Assembly (NCBI GenBank): GCA_001724265.1
Contig: MEDY01000268.1
Span: 1 to 64,000, forward strand
Source of the DNA: Rhizaria sp. SCN 62-66
Taxonomy: Eukaryota
Reading direction: 5' to 3'
Length of the DNA: 64,000 bases
Both the position numbers and the translations under genes were made by a program. Shown here one piece after another: positions 10,806 to 24,577 of the stretch. Numbering within the stretch: the first letter of the stretch is position 1; every line of letters starts with the position of its first letter. The notes below the pieces were generated by a model that did not search any database, was not told the DNA's origin, and saw only the letters and a program-made list of their open reading frames with translations.

Positions 10806-13800
10806 ATGTTTTCCCCGAGCCTGGCCGTGGGCCCCGCGTCCCCGTCGCAGGTGGCACTGCAGCGATCCGCGCAGATCCAGGCCGACGTGTTCAGCCAGAC
10901 GCAGGAGGACGTCATCACGGCCTGCATGGTGCGCCCGGGCGCCGCTGTCGCCGCGGACGGCTCTAAGGGCCACGAGAACCTCTTCGGCCGTGAGGCTCAG
11001 GCCGTGCCGGTGATGTTGGTACTTACGGTTACCCGCACACGCGGCGGGTACCGCGATCCGAAGCTGCACTACGTCAAGGTCAAGGGCCCCACCAAGTGGT
11101 CCGTCAAGAACTTCCGCTTGCTCAAGACGATCGACCGCGTGCTCATCTCGCAGACGGACTCGCACTCGTTTAACTACTTCACCGTCGGCGACGGGCGCCG
11201 CTACGACTGGCACGTCACGGGACAGGACGCCTCGATGCGCGACGAGTTCCTCTGGTGGATGCTGCATTCGATGCGCTTCTTCGCGTCGTCAAAGGCCAGC
11301 TCCGCCGCCGGCGCGCTCGCGCCACCGCTGCCCAACAACAACATCGAGGAGGCCGTGCTCAACAACCTCCTTGGCAAGTGGTCCCGCGTTATGATGGTAC
11401 GTCTGCTCCCCGCTTTCGACTCGGATAGCTAGCTAGCAACACGCTTCGCGCAGTGTCTTTGCAGTGTCTTCCGTGCTTCGTGCAGCTTCTAAAGCTACCC
11501 TCTCGACGTTGTATATTTGAATCATTGCTGCCCAATGTATAGTATCTGTGTTGCTATTAAATCTGCACCTCGCACGTTCAACCACAACCGTTTTCTTTCT
11601 TGTTCCTCACCGTATTCGTTTCCCTTTGCCCAGAACACGCCCGAGCCTGCCGAGATCGGCCTGGCGCTGTCAGCGGTGCAGCGTGCGATCGTGACGAGCG
11701 TGGTCTCCGCGGACCGCGCCGCGCACATCCAGCGCTCAGCCGCGCGTACCCAGGTTTCGGGTGAGAGCTCAGTGACTCTGCCGTCGCTCACTGCAGCCGA
11801 AGCCGAGGACATCGACTACTTCCTGCGCCAGTTCGGCATGGCTCCTGACGCTGACGCCGCCGCCTCTGCGGACGCGCTCTCCGACGCCGCGCTGCTCGCG
11901 GGGCTTAGCACTGACTCCATGGGCTCTGGCTCAGGCACAGTCTCCGGGTCCGGCTGGACTGATGTGGACAGGCTCGAGGCTGCGCTGCAGGCGCGGCTGG
12001 CGCAAGTCGAGCGCGAGTCGGCGCGGTGCGTTTTCCAGGGCGCGGTCTCCCCGCCGCACGAGGTCGCCGTGCGCATGCTGGGGCAGGCGATCGACTCACT
12101 CGAAGAGGTGGGCGTGTGGGCCGCCGCGCACGACGCGTCGCTCACGCGCATGGCCGTCGGCATGGAGAAGATTGAGGCGCGCTCCGAGGCGCTCGAGACG
12201 GAGGAGCGCAACTACGCGGCGCTGCGCGGCGTGCTCGAGTCGTTCCTTGACGAAGTTCTGCTTTCGGACCGCGTCGTCGCGATCCTGCAGAAACCGGACT
12301 TCGACGGGGACCTGGAGGGTGTTCTGGCGGCGGTGCAGCAGCTGACGACGGTGCTTCAGTCGAAGCGGCTCAACGACCCGCCCACGGCCGCCGTCGCCGC
12401 CGCGGCCGCCGCCGCCGTTGCCGCCGCCGCGGCCGCCGCCGCCGCGTCGGGCAAGAAGCAGAAGAAGGAGAAGAAAGAGAAGAAGGCGGACAAGAAGGAC
12501 AAGAAGAGCAAGGCGGGCGGTGCAGACGGCGACGCCAGCGAGCCTGATAATGACGACACCGGCGCCAAGACGGGCCCCGCCGCCGCGCTGGCAGCGCTGT
12601 CGCCGCTGGCGCAGACCGCGCTCATCGCCACCGCGCCCGCGCGCGCCGCCGCCGCCGCCGCCGAGGCCGCCAACGCCAGCGCGGGCGCGGGCGCGGGCGT
12701 TGGCAACGGCACTGTGGCCGCCGCAAGCAGTAGTGCGCAGACGGTGTCGCTGGCGGGGCTGGCGAGCATGACTGCGCTGCACAGCCAGCGGCTGCTGTAC
12801 CGCGAACTGCAGCTGTCCTTCACGGCGCGCGCCGACGCAATGCTGCGCGCCAAGATCGACGAGCTTGCTAAGTGGGGCGCGCAAAAGATCGTCTCGGAGG
12901 CACAGGTACGGCGAGAAATCGCAAATGATAGCTTTTTTAAAGCTATAACTTCTTGTTGACATCAACTCGGCTTTTTGAATTTCATTTTTATCTGGTAGCC
13001 CATGTCAACTCACATGTTCTCGCGCTGTCTTTTTCGTTCTATTTGTTGTTGTATTCTCACAGGCGCGCGTGATCGCGAACGGGAGCCTGAGCGAGGTTCT
13101 GAAGACGAAGCTCGAGTACAAGCTGAGCGAGACCAAGTACCGCACGATCCACTCGAAGCTCATCGCCTTCAAGCGCCTCGTCGCTTTGCTGGAGCAGCTA
13201 CAGCCCGGCTCGGCCGCGGCGCTGGCGGCGCACTACAGCGCCCGCATGAAGCCGGTCTACGACCACGACGTGGACTCCCTCATGCGCAAGCTCAAGGAAG
13301 CCGTCGTGGCGTCTTCGGTCGACTGCCGGCTGCGGTCGTGCCCCGAGGTTCCGCTCGCGAAGCTGCGCTCGTTCCAGCAGACGGCGGTGCAGCAGGCGCG
13401 TACGCGCTCCCACGCGGCGCCCGCGGCGGCCGGGCGGATGCTTTTCTCCGACGCCGTGGCTTTCGCGCTTGACCGGCTCTACGCAGTCACGATGGAGGAG
13501 CAGGCGTTCTTCGCGCACTGCTTTGGCATCGACGAGGACGCTGTCGCCGAGGTCGTCTCGCTGCCCGTCGACAAGATCCTTAAGGGCGGTGCCGCCAGTT
13601 CGGGCGCCAACGCGGCCCTGACCGGCGGCGGCGCCGGCGGTGGCAATGTGGTGGGCGGCGTCACGGACGCGTTCGCGCTCACAGTCACCCCGCCCTCTGT
13701 TGCAACGGCTGCAGCCGGCGGCGCCGCTGCGGCTGGGACGCCGGGGACGACGATCACAGGGGTCACGGCGTCGGGCTTGCCCTCGACGCTGCAGATGCAG

Positions 13801-14188
13801 TACCTCGAAGGCGACGCAACTTCCGCCGCGAGCGCCACTGCGCCTGCGGGTGTGAAGCCGAGCGACACAGCCGCGCCGGCGGCCGAGCGCGCAGCCGTGC
13901 GATCGTCCGTCCCTCTGGCCACGCAGGTGTCGCTGCTGCTGGCGCGCAAGCAGGGCAAGCTCACGGCGCTGGTCTCACGCACGCTCGCCGCGGCCGTCCC
14001 CGCGCTGACCGAGCTTGTGATGGTGGGCGCTAAGTCCGACGCGTTCAGCATCATCCGCGCGCTGGGCCTGTTTGAGGCCGTGGTGGCCAAGGCATCGCCC
14101 GCGGGCGCCGAGCTCAGTCTTGTCGCGCAGGGCGTGCACGTCGACGACGTCGAGGACGTCATCGCCGCGCTCGAGAGCGACCGCAAGC

Positions 14189-14222
<34 letters not shown>

Positions 14223-16459
14223 AGCGAGCGCGGGCGCCGGCACCGGCGCGGCCAAGGGGGCGGCGGGAAAGAAGCGCCGTGGCGGCAGCGACGACTTCGG
14301 TGACCTAAGCAACCTCTCGCTCTCGGGTTTCAGCGACGACAGCGACGACGACGACGATGGCAGGGGCCGCAAGGGCGGCGGCATCGACCTCGCGCGGTAC
14401 GTTTGTGTGGCGCAACTATCGAGCTTGAATTTGAAGTTAGAATCAGTCCCAATTTGTCGGTTTTAACGTGTTGACTTGTGTAAAGCGTGTATTAGCTGAA
14501 TTTGTACTTGTATTTTCAAACCGACTCATATAATGCTGTTTTTGATTGTATCTTTCTCTATCATAATTCAGACTGCCGCGTGCTCTGGCGGCGTCCCCTC
14601 CCCGCGGCAGCAGCGGCGGCGGGCGCAAGAGCTCAGTGCCGACCTCAGACCCGCGCGGTCTGGCCACGTCCGCGGGCGCGGACTTTGCGGCACTCTACCG
14701 CGGCGGCTTCAAAGTGCTCGCCGAGGACCGCTGGCGCGGGTCGGAGACGGTGGTCGCGGCGCTTTCGCGCGTGCAGACGCACCTCAAGGTGACGTGGAAC
14801 GCGTTCGTCGACGGAGAGGTTGCCTGGATCAACGACTACAAGGCCAACGTCAAGCAGAACGGCATTCTGGGCCCCATGGCGCGGCTGCCCAGCTTTGTCG
14901 AGATGCTCGAGGCCGCGATGGGATCCGCACGCTCAGAGGTACGCATTTTGAGAGCGAGAATATAACTTACTGAGAATTCCTTGAAATTGCTCGATATGGA
15001 GCGTGTAGCGTGTATTCAATGTACTTTTTGCAGTGTTTTTGAATGAATGTGTGATATGTAATCTTTTTTTTTTATCGTCTCACATTTTTGAATTGCCCTA
15101 TGTTTCTTTATTTCTTTGGCAGGCCGCCGACCTGACGTACAGCAAGCTCTCCGTGTGTTTGCTGCACTGGTTGGCGAAGCAAGCCGCTGCCAACCCTAAG
15201 TACGAGGCTGTGTGCACGATGGAGAACGCGCACTACTACTGCTGCGCCATCGGCGGCCGCGTTCCGCGTCTCACCGGGCTTACATCGTGTCTCCAGATGG
15301 CAAAGAAGATGTACCTCGAGAACCGTGCCAAATACGTGCAGGTACGTGTATCAATGCAGTGAAAACAAAACAATTTTTGCGCTAAAATTGGTTATTTCGA
15401 CAAAATAGCATACTATCTAGTCCCACATTGACCTCAATCTTTGTATTTCACTTGTTCCTTAATCTTTTCTTTGCAGTGGAACATCGAGTACGCGATGCCC
15501 GAGGCGACGGCCTTCTGGACCCGTCTGGCCGCAGAACTACGGACGAACCCGCGCGCGCCCACGGAGGCGGCCTTCTTCCCGGGGCTCTCCAAGGCGCACC
15601 TGCGCGCGGTGCTCAAGGACCACTATAACTACTCTAAAGTTCTCACGGCGGCGCAGCAGATGCACGCGCGCATCAAACGCCACCTGCCGACCAACGATTC
15701 GCTGGCCACAGACCTGTTCTTGCTGGTCAAGGACGCGTTCATGGCGACGGCGGAGGCGTTCGAGGCGACGGCGACCGCGGTGTACCCACACGAGAAGCTG
15801 GGGCTCACGCTGGCCGAGGTCAACAACGTCTTCGACCGCATCGTGCCTCCAGAGACGGGCGACGGCGACAGCGGGGACCCAGCGTCCCGGTTGTCGATGG
15901 CCTCTGCACTGCCCGAGGTGTCCATCTCGCGGTCCTCGCTCGCACCCCCACCCGCTACTATGGGCGCCGGCGCCGGGGTGGGCCCGCGCCCTGTCGCCGT
16001 CTCGGCCTCGGCCTTCTCGGGCTTCAACCGGCTCGGCGCTCTGGCGACGGCCACATCGGGCACGCCCGGTCGGCCGCCGCTGGGGCCCTCGGCCGCCGTC
16101 TCCGCCTCCGCGGGCGCGCGCACCAGCGGCGCACCGGTCACCGCCGCCGCTGCCGACCCGGGCGCTACTGGGTTCGGGAAAGTTAAGCCGCCAACGGGCA
16201 GCAGTGGGCCATCGGCGTCGAACGCTTTCTCCAAGCCCGCCTCCACGGCGTCTGGGTCCAGTGCGGGCCGCCGGCGGTTTGCTGGCAGCGACGACGACGA
16301 CGATGACGGCGCGCCGGTGGAGCGCAACGTGTCGGCGCGCAAGATGGGCGTTGGCGACGACGATGACAGCGACAGCGGCAGCGGCAGCGAGGAGAGCGAC
16401 GGTGCGGCCAAGATGCCGGTGTCGAGCTTCTTCAAGAAGGCCGCCAAGAAGGGCCGCGA

Positions 16460-16495
<36 letters not shown>

Positions 16496-16520
16496 GATGC
16501 CTAGTGAGCCCGACTGGTGA
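10806..16520 (+). CDS. SEC3: Exocyst subunit Sec3/EXOC1; 6 exons (10806-11396, 11634-12905, 13063-14396, 14572-14938, 15123-15341, 15477-16520), about 1608 aa
   Basis: N-terminal PH-like region, coiled coil MEKIEARSEALETEERNYAALRGVLESFL and C-terminal KYEAVCTMENAHYY resemble Sec3. All five introns are GTACG...AG and keep the frame. Ends in TGA. Confidence 0.75.
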
Positions 16521-17038
16521 AATGGGGACGCTGAAGGGAGCGCTTTAAGCGACGTTCGTGGTCTGTTTTAAGAGAAGTGAAGTGTATTGCGGCCGCACGG
16601 TCCGTTCGTGGTTGTGCAGGGTGCACTGTGCGAATGATACAAAAGTTTAATTTTGATTGCTAGCGGATCGTCTATCCCACGAAAAACGTCGAACTTCATG
16701 TATCACACACATATTCTCGTATTGGCGGATTAATTTTATCCCTCCATGTGACTCTTTTATGCTGGTTCTTGCTCAAAAGCCTCGGTGTCCACAGTCGGGG
16801 ACCTTCATCTGAAAAGGACTACTTATATCTCGATGTACAAACATAGTTAGAACATATTATAGCGCGAGGGTCCGTAAATATTGCTCAATTTACTATTCCC
16901 CTTGCTTTTGTTTCCCGTTCGCGGTTATTATCGTATCAAATTCAAAGTTTGCATTCAAGGCGCCCTCCTAGCTCGTCGGCCGGCCTTCTTGCGCAACCCG
17001 CTCTCCTCCCTCACAGCCCCCGCAGCTCTCGTCACGGC

Positions 17039-20000
17039 ATGAGCGCGCTTGCTTCCGCCGCGCCCGTTTCGGCGGAGGTCTTTTCCGTCGCCGCGAAGCC
17101 CGAGTCTATGTCCGCTGCGGCCGCCTTCCAGTCCCCCACACCCGTGCATTCGGCGCCGCCCTCGGCCCCCGACTCCGCGGCCAGCCTGCCCGCGTCCGAC
17201 GCCACCGCCGCTGACAACGCCGCCGCCGCCGCCGACGACGCCTCGGTTTCTGTTGCGACGTGCGCTTTTACGGCTGACGCCGCGGTTCTCAGCGCCCCGA
17301 CAGCGCTGCCGCAGCTGCCCAGCTCCCCTGGCGCCTCAGCTAGCTCAACAAGCGCTAGTACCATCCCCAGCGTCAATGCCAGCGGCAGCGAGAGTGCCGG
17401 TGCGGTCGCAGCCCCTGTGCCCGACAGCGCCGCCGCAGTGCATGTTGCCAGTACTGACGCTCTCACTGTGCCCGAGGTTCCCGCTCCCGCCCCCGCTCCC
17501 GCTCCCGCTCCTGCTGCGACGATTTCCGCTCCGGCTACGACGATGACTGCTCCCGCTGCGCCTGCCGCTATGACTGTGCCGGTGGCTGCGACTGCGGCCG
17601 TGAGCGCCCCCGCCGTGAACGCCCCCGCCCCCGCTGTGGCTGCGGCCGCTGTGGGCGCCCCCGCTGTGCCGGCTGCGACCGTGCCGGCTGTCACCGTGAC
17701 CGCGAGCTCAGCGCCCGCGAGCTCAGCGACCGTGAGCTCTGCCCGCTTGCCGCCACTGCACCCGCTGCCAGCAACTCTCTCTACCTCTGCAGCCACCGCG
17801 TTCAGCTCTGTCTCGAGCTCGAGCTCGAGCTCTGCAGCAGCGCCGGTCACTGTGTCGGCTGCCACGTTTGGCGGCGCCCCCGTCACCGCACTGTTCCCCA
17901 GCCTCTATAGCAACAACAACAACAACAACAGCAGCAGCAGCAGCTCTAGCTTTGGCGCCCCCGTCTCAAGCAACAGTCATAACAATAGTGCGAGCAGTGG
18001 CAGTGGCAGCGGCAGCGGCAGTGGCGCCGCCGTGAGCGGGAGCCTCAGCGGGGAAATCCCGTTGTCTGTGTTGCTGGCGAGCGAGCGACGATACCCCGCG
18101 CGCGGCTCGCGCCACCCGACCCCCGGGCCGCCCCATAGTCACCAGGCGGGGGGGTCTGCGGGGCCCGGCACGCCCACACTGGCCGCGGTAGGCGCTCTGA
18201 GCGGCCCCGGCATGGCTGTGGCCGCACTCGCAGTCAGCAGCAACAGCAACAACAGCAGCAACAGCAGCAGCATCGGCAGCAGCAGCAGCGCCGCCACACC
18301 AGTCGCAGGCGGCCCCGGCGGCTTCGGCTCGCTCGCCCCCGGCACAGGCCCTGTGGGCGCTGGCACTGCGGGCGCTGGCGCGGCGGGCACTGGAGTAAGC
18401 ACAACTGGGAGGAAGCGCCGCGCTGCGACCGCTGGCCCCGCGGGCGCCGAGGCCGCGGCGGCCGTCGCCAAGCGACTTTGCTTTGGTGGCAGCGGCAGCG
18501 GCAGTGTCAGTGCGGACTCCGGCGACTCCGGCGACAACGGCGACGGCGACGACGACGATGAGGAGGAGGACGGTCACGAAGCAGCTCATGTGCCGAGCAC
18601 GGGTGCTGCCGTTGTTGCTGCGACCGACCGCGCTGCGTTGCCCGCGCTCAGCGCCGCCGCCAGCGGCAGCAGCGCGAGCAGCACGAACAGCACCGAGACC
18701 GCTGGCGCCGACTCCGCCGCCGCCGTTGCCGCTGACGTCCCCGTGACTGCGGTCACGGCGAGCCAGTGCTGCCGCCGCGGGCAGTGTCTGCGCTTCTACC
18801 ACCAGCACGTATTCCCGGAAGACATGCGCGAGGCGTTCCGCTTCGAAACCACGCTCACGACCGAGTTCGCGGGCCGGTACCTGCGCTTCAAGGAGGAGGC
18901 CGGCACGCTCGCTAACGGGCGCATCTACGTGGCCGTGTCGTCGGTCGCTCCCATCCCCATGCTCGGGCTCTTTGCGGGCAAGGACTTCAACAAAGGTACG
19001 CTCATATCACACACTGTGAATGAAACAAGAAGATTTTTTGTCATTGTACACTCTTACACGAATCGTTCAATGTATAACATTATAATTTTGCCCCCAAACA
19101 CGTAATTATCACGATGTCTCACGTATTTCCTCACATTTTTTTCGCATTTCACGCACATCTGCGCATTTCACGCGAACCTGCGCCTATATCTAGGCGACGT
19201 GGTGACTCTGTACGGCGGCTCTCGCCGGTCCGCATCGGACGTGCTCGACGAGCCCGCCTCGCACCACACGCACACGCGGCGCATCCCGGGCTCGCTCTTC
19301 GTTATGGACGGCCGTCCCAACGCGCTGCTGTTTGACCGCGCCTCGGTGGATGAGGCAGCCGAGTACCTGCTCCCGCCGGGGCGGCGCGCGCACGTGGGGC
19401 TGGCCGCGGCCGCCGCGGGCGGCTCCCGCGACCTGCTGCAGTGGGTCGCCCACGGCGGGGCAGGGTACATGACCAACACGGGCCCGCGCGCGGCGCACAA
19501 CGTGCGCGTGGTGACCGTGGAGACGCGCAAGGACTCGACGCTGGCGCCGTCGCTATTCCTGCTGGCGACTAAGAGCATCGCCAAGGACGAGGAGATAATC
19601 TCGCCGTACAACAACCACGACCCGCTCAACGGGCGCATCGTCTTTGAGGAGGACGAGGACTCGAACAGTAGCAACGCGGGCGACGGCGACGGTGACGGCG
19701 ACAACAACGGCGACGACGATAACGAGGGCGCTTCGGCCGCCGATAGTAACAGCAACGCCGTCGCCGGCGCCCGGCGCGTGCGCTCCCGGGTCTCTGGCGG
19801 CGGGGCGAAACGCTCCGGCGGCGGCGCCAAGCGTTCCGGCGGTGTGAAGCGCACAGTCGCCAGCGCCGGTGCCGGTGCCAACGCCGGTGCCAGCGCCGGT
19901 GCCAGCTCCGGCTCTGTCGCTCCCGTGAGTGGCGCATCTGGGAGTGTGAAGCGTGGCCGCGGGCGTCCGCGTCTCAACCCTGCTGCTCCGAGCACTGCTG

Positions 20001-20476
20001 CTGCTGCTGCCGCGGCAGCGGCTGCGGCGGCGGGTGACGCTGTGGCGAAGCCGGCGGCGCGCGGCCGCGGCAGGCCCCCGACAGTCAGCACTGCCATCCC
20101 CGCTGTCTCCGGCGCCCCTGATGCCGCGACTGCAGCCCCTACGACTGTGCGCCGCGCGAGCAGCGGCGGCGTCCGCGGGCGCAGCGGCGGCCGCGGGGGC
20201 CGGGGCGGGCGTAGTGGGCGCAAGAGCGGCAGCGGGCGCGCGGGCGCTGGCGCTGAGGTCGCGCCCCAGGTGTCTGTGGCGCTGCTGATGGCGCAGGCCG
20301 AAGCCGAAGCCGCGGCCGCCAAGCGCAGGGACCGGCGCCCCCGCGGCGAGGCTGCTGCTGAGGCTGCTGCTGTTACGTGTGAGGCCGCTGCGGTTGCGCC
20401 AGAGACTGAGGCCGCGGTCGGTGAGCCGTCACCGCAACAGCAGCAGCAGCAGCAGATGGAGGACGGTGACAATTGA
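17039..20476 (+). CDS. SET-domain protein with AT-hook motifs and long low-complexity regions; 2 exons (17039-18995, 19194-20476), about 1079 aa
   Basis: LGLFAGKDFNK|GDVVTLYGG, GYMTNT...HNV and LFLLATKSIAKDEEIISPY follow the SET pattern. KRGRGRPR and RGRGRPP are AT-hook cores. The intron keeps the frame. Confidence 0.75.
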
Positions 20477-20956
20477 GGGCTTCTCAGAGTGACTGTGAGC
20501 GTATAATATGCTGACAGCTGACGAGATGCCGTTACGAAACGGCCGCGCGTCTATGAAGAGTGAATGAATCACCAGAATGATATTGACGTTTATAAAGCAA
20601 ATTGAAGTCTTGAGTATGTAACGTGCGTTTGATCGATAGATTCTTAAACCAATACACACAGTGATTTGATTTCTAGCAACGATATCTCTGTTTCGCTGAG
20701 CGCGTAACAAAAAGTTACATTCGGGTGCTTGTGAGAAAGAGACGAAAGTACGATGGATATATTACATTATTCGGGTTTTATTATTATTATATTATTATTA
20801 CTTTCGTCACCAGAAAAGGAACATTAAGTAAATCACCTTCTCATTCACTAGGCCAAAGCGCCGCAGAGCATTTGCCTCCTCGTACAAGATCACTCTCCAA
20901 TCAATAGAATAGACACAGAGTAATAGAACATGCGCATATTTACAAGGCCGGTCGGC

Positions 20957-22525
20957 TTAGAGGCGGGCGTTCTTGGGCATGTACTTCATGGTCTGCTTCA
21001 TGCCGAGGTCGAGCATGATCTCCTCAGAGCCTCCGAGGATAGCGGCGTACTTGACGGCGCGCTGGAAGCGCTCGATGACCTGGCCCATGCCGGTGCGCGT
21101 GATGGCGCGACCGCCGAAGACCTGGCACGCCTTCTCGGAGATGTCGAGCGCGACGCGCGTGGCCTGGTACTTGCACAGCGCGATGGGGCCCGCGAGGTAG
21201 CGCGTCTGCTCCGCGTAAGTCATCTTGCACATCTGGTACGTGATGTTCTCGGTCCAATTGTACACGGACTCGAGCTGCGCGACCATCTGGCCCAGCTTCT
21301 CGCGGATCACGGGCTGCGCGATGAGCGGGCGGCCGAAGACGATGCGCTGATGTGCCCACTTGAGGCACTCCTCGACAACAAGGCGCGCGCCGCGCAGCAC
21401 GCCGACGATGATCATCCAGCGCTCGTGGTTGAAGTTGGCCATGATGCACTTGAAGCCCTCGTTCTCCTTGCCGAGCAGGTTCTCGACGGGCACCTTGACG
21501 TTGTCGAAGGTGACGAACGCGGTGCCGGCAGAGGGCGAGTAGGACGTGATGATCTTCTCGGTGGCGAGGCCCTCGGAGCGCTCAATCATGAGCAGCGAGA
21601 CACCCTTGGCGCCGGCCTCGGCGGGGCCGGTGCGCACGGCAGTGACGAAGTAGTCGGCAAACGAGCCGTTGGTGATCCACTTCTTGGTGCCGTTGACGAT
21701 GTAGAACTTGCCACAGGGGGACTTGGTGGCCGTGGTGCGGATGGCGGCGACGTCGGAGCCAGCAAAGGCCTCGGAGATGGCGAGGCAGATGCGCTTGTCA
21801 CCGGCGAGCACGGGGGGGACGAACTTGGCGATCGTCTCGGGGGAGCCGAAGTGGATGACGGGGGGCAGACCGATAACAAGACCGGCGCCCAGACCGTCGG
21901 TGGCGCCGGGGCAGCCCAGCTTGGCGATCTCCTCGTGCACGATGAGCTCGTGGAAGAAGGAGAAGTCCTTGGGCGCGATGCCGCCGGGGAGGCCGTTGGG
22001 GGTGAGGGTGAGCGCGGGGCCGGGGCCGATGCGGCCGGCCCAAATACCGGCCTGGCCGAGCTTCTGGAAGAGCTCCAGCGAGGGCTCCTTGCCTGACTCC
22101 TCGAGCTGGAAGACCTGCTGGCCGATGATCTCCTCGAGCGTCTTACGCACGGCGGCGCGGAAGGCGACGTGGGACTCGGTGAAGTAGGCAGACTTCATGC
22201 CCATCCAGGCGGAGGACTCGGAGAAAGGAACGCCCGAGAAGGACGCGGGGGCAGGCCAGAGGTTGGCCGCGGCGGCCTTCTCCTCGCCGGCGATGACGCC
22301 GACGACGAGGCGCTCGTACTTGCGGAGCACGTCGACGCGGTGCATGGCGAGAAACTCCTTGGTGGCGTCCTTGCCGGCGAGCTCGACGAGCACGTGGCGG
22401 CCACCAGGGTGGAACTTGGCGAACGTCTTGAGCTGGTACACCTTGGCGTTGATGATCACGAGCAGGTCCTCCTTGCTCGCGGCGGCAACCTCCGCGCGGG
22501 TATAGGTCTTAAGCGGCTGACTCAT
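20957..22525 (-). CDS. Acyl-CoA dehydrogenase with N-terminal cytochrome b5-like heme-binding domain, 522 aa, C-terminal -ARL
   Basis: b5 motif FAKFHPGG...AGKDATKEF. ACAD motifs CLAISEAFAGSDV, YIVNGTKKWITNG, FNHERW, CQVFGGRA and ILGGSEEIM. Intronless, ends in TAA. Confidence 0.92.
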   Translation of the reverse strand: MSQPLKTYTRAEVAAASKEDLLVIINAKVYQLKTFAKFHPGGRHVLVELAGKDATKEFLAMHRVDVLRKYERLVVGVIAGEEKAAAANLWPAPASFSGVPFSESSAWMGMKSAYFTESHVAFRAAVRKTLEEIIGQQVFQLEESGKEPSLELFQKLGQAGIWAGRIGPGPALTLTPNGLPGGIAPKDFSFFHELIVHEEIAKLGCPGATDGLGAGLVIGLPPVIHFGSPETIAKFVPPVLAGDKRICLAISEAFAGSDVAAIRTTATKSPCGKFYIVNGTKKWITNGSFADYFVTAVRTGPAEAGAKGVSLLMIERSEGLATEKIITSYSPSAGTAFVTFDNVKVPVENLLGKENEGFKCIMANFNHERWMIIVGVLRGARLVVEECLKWAHQRIVFGRPLIAQPVIREKLGQMVAQLESVYNWTENITYQMCKMTYAEQTRYLAGPIALCKYQATRVALDISEKACQVFGGRAITRTGMGQVIERFQRAVKYAAILGGSEEIMLDLGMKQTMKYMPKNARL

Positions 22526-24577
22526 ACTACAAGTTCAAACGAGAGCAGAAAAGCGGGCGAATACCGGGCAAGAGTAAGTGTAATGGAGTTGTGAGAAACA
22601 TAAATGCACACATATAGATCATGAATTGTGATTGCAACTAGTAGATATTGAAACCTATGCTGAAATAATTGACTGCAGCAACAATTCTGGCAGTTCAAGC
22701 CCCCCTTCCAGCAATCGGAGGCACCAAGCAAAATATTCGGTCTGTTTGTTTGTACATATGCCGGGTTGTAAGAAGCAAGATGAAGTTGGAGTTATGTAAA
22801 CTAGTGCCCAGAGCGTCTGGATTCAGCGCGCTAACAACCGATGAACGTTCTCACCGTCTGATATTAAGGTGTGAAAGTGGCCGGCCTGCAAGGTTAGCGC
22901 GTCAACCGACGCCCGGTGAGTGTTTAGCGCTCCATGCACGTTAATAGCTGTCGAGCAGACTGGCACCAGTGAAAATAAAGAGAAACAACAATCGTTTATC
23001 GAATGTAACACCTTCCATGCACGCCGACGATCTCTGGCTGCTACAGTCGCTCCTGCAAGAGGGCGGCGACGGGAGCCTGTCGGTGGGCTTGTTGCCCCTC
23101 CGACGAGCCCAAAGTTAAGCCGCCTAAGCCCCCGGTACACACGCTTTATCTCAGTAGTACTAATGCCTTCAGGTTCAAATTTGTAGTATAACATTGTACT
23201 TAATATTTAAATTCGTAATCTCGACGTGATATTTGTCATTGTGGCTATCTGTGATGAGATATCTCGTAAATGCAAGCGTGGTGTCTCCTTAGAAGATTCA
23301 CCACAAACGCGATTAGACGTGCTTCTGACGTGACCCTTTAGTAGATTACGAAAATTACAACACTTCCACAATTTTGACGTACATTCCATTGATATACTTT
23401 TAAATAGTGCCGTTGGAGCTTGGATCCACTTCTACACACTGGTTCAAAAACAACAATATATCCACTGTCTGTTCGCACCCGCTGCGTTATCACAATGTTT
23501 CGATAAACACAGAAAGAATACTGTGTTCAGTGCCTGAAAAGTAGTTTCGCACATGATATATAATATTATGTATGTTTATAGGAAAACCCAATCCATCTTG
23601 ACTGCACTTCGTGTCGCTGCGGTTGCGACCACAAACGAAACTCAGGTAAACAAATATAAGTATAGAGACATGTATTCAAGTTAGTTTGAAAGCCCAATCG
23701 GTGTGGCAATATTTCCCTTGCAAGATTAGTCGATCAATCTTAGTAGTAATTTCATCCTGTGCATATTCAAGTTTGTATCACGCTCTATTTCAATTTGAGC
23801 CGAGCATGCAGGCCATGACTTGTAACACTCCTCCGTCGTCGGCGAACACGTTCCATAGCATACTGTACACATACGTCGCGCGTTATAGCATGTTTAAGGC
23901 ATTTTTTCAAACCGTTGCAACAATAGCTGATGCACCAGCTCTCTTATTCCTGGTCTGTGGCAAGCCTCGACATCAGAGTGACAGCTTAAACCACCTTGAA
24001 CACTCGCGTCCTGTTGCCGTGTCGTATCATGACATATGAATGAATAGATTTTGAACCGAGTATGATTTTTTCATTTGTTCTATCTTGTGCTTTAGTTGCA
24101 CGAGGGAAAATCTAGGTTTTTGGTGCCTCCAACATGAATATGGACACCTGTACAACACCTTATCGAGGCGATCTCACCCAGGTCTTTGCAGCATTTGCAA
24201 GTGATGACATATACCAGCGCTGCTAACAAAATAGTTATTTAGCGAGCGCAGTATCGGCGTATCTTGGCCGATGAGTCGATTACTTGGACATTCACATCAC
24301 TGTTGATATATACGTTGCATTCGTGGTTAAAAGTCTTGGCACTAGTTCGAACATAAATCCAATCTCACCACAAACAGCAAAAAATCATGACGTGAAGACC
24401 ACGCGAAAAGGAGAAAGGGTTCGATGTCGTATTCGCGTAATACTTCGTTGAAACATACGTAAACCAATTCATTATCGAATTATTTGTTGTGACACCTTAC
24501 ATCACAAAATAACGCTTCTTATTGCTGTGAGCTCACTCTGGTAACTACATTTTATTAACGGCTCTTGCTCCAGAGTG

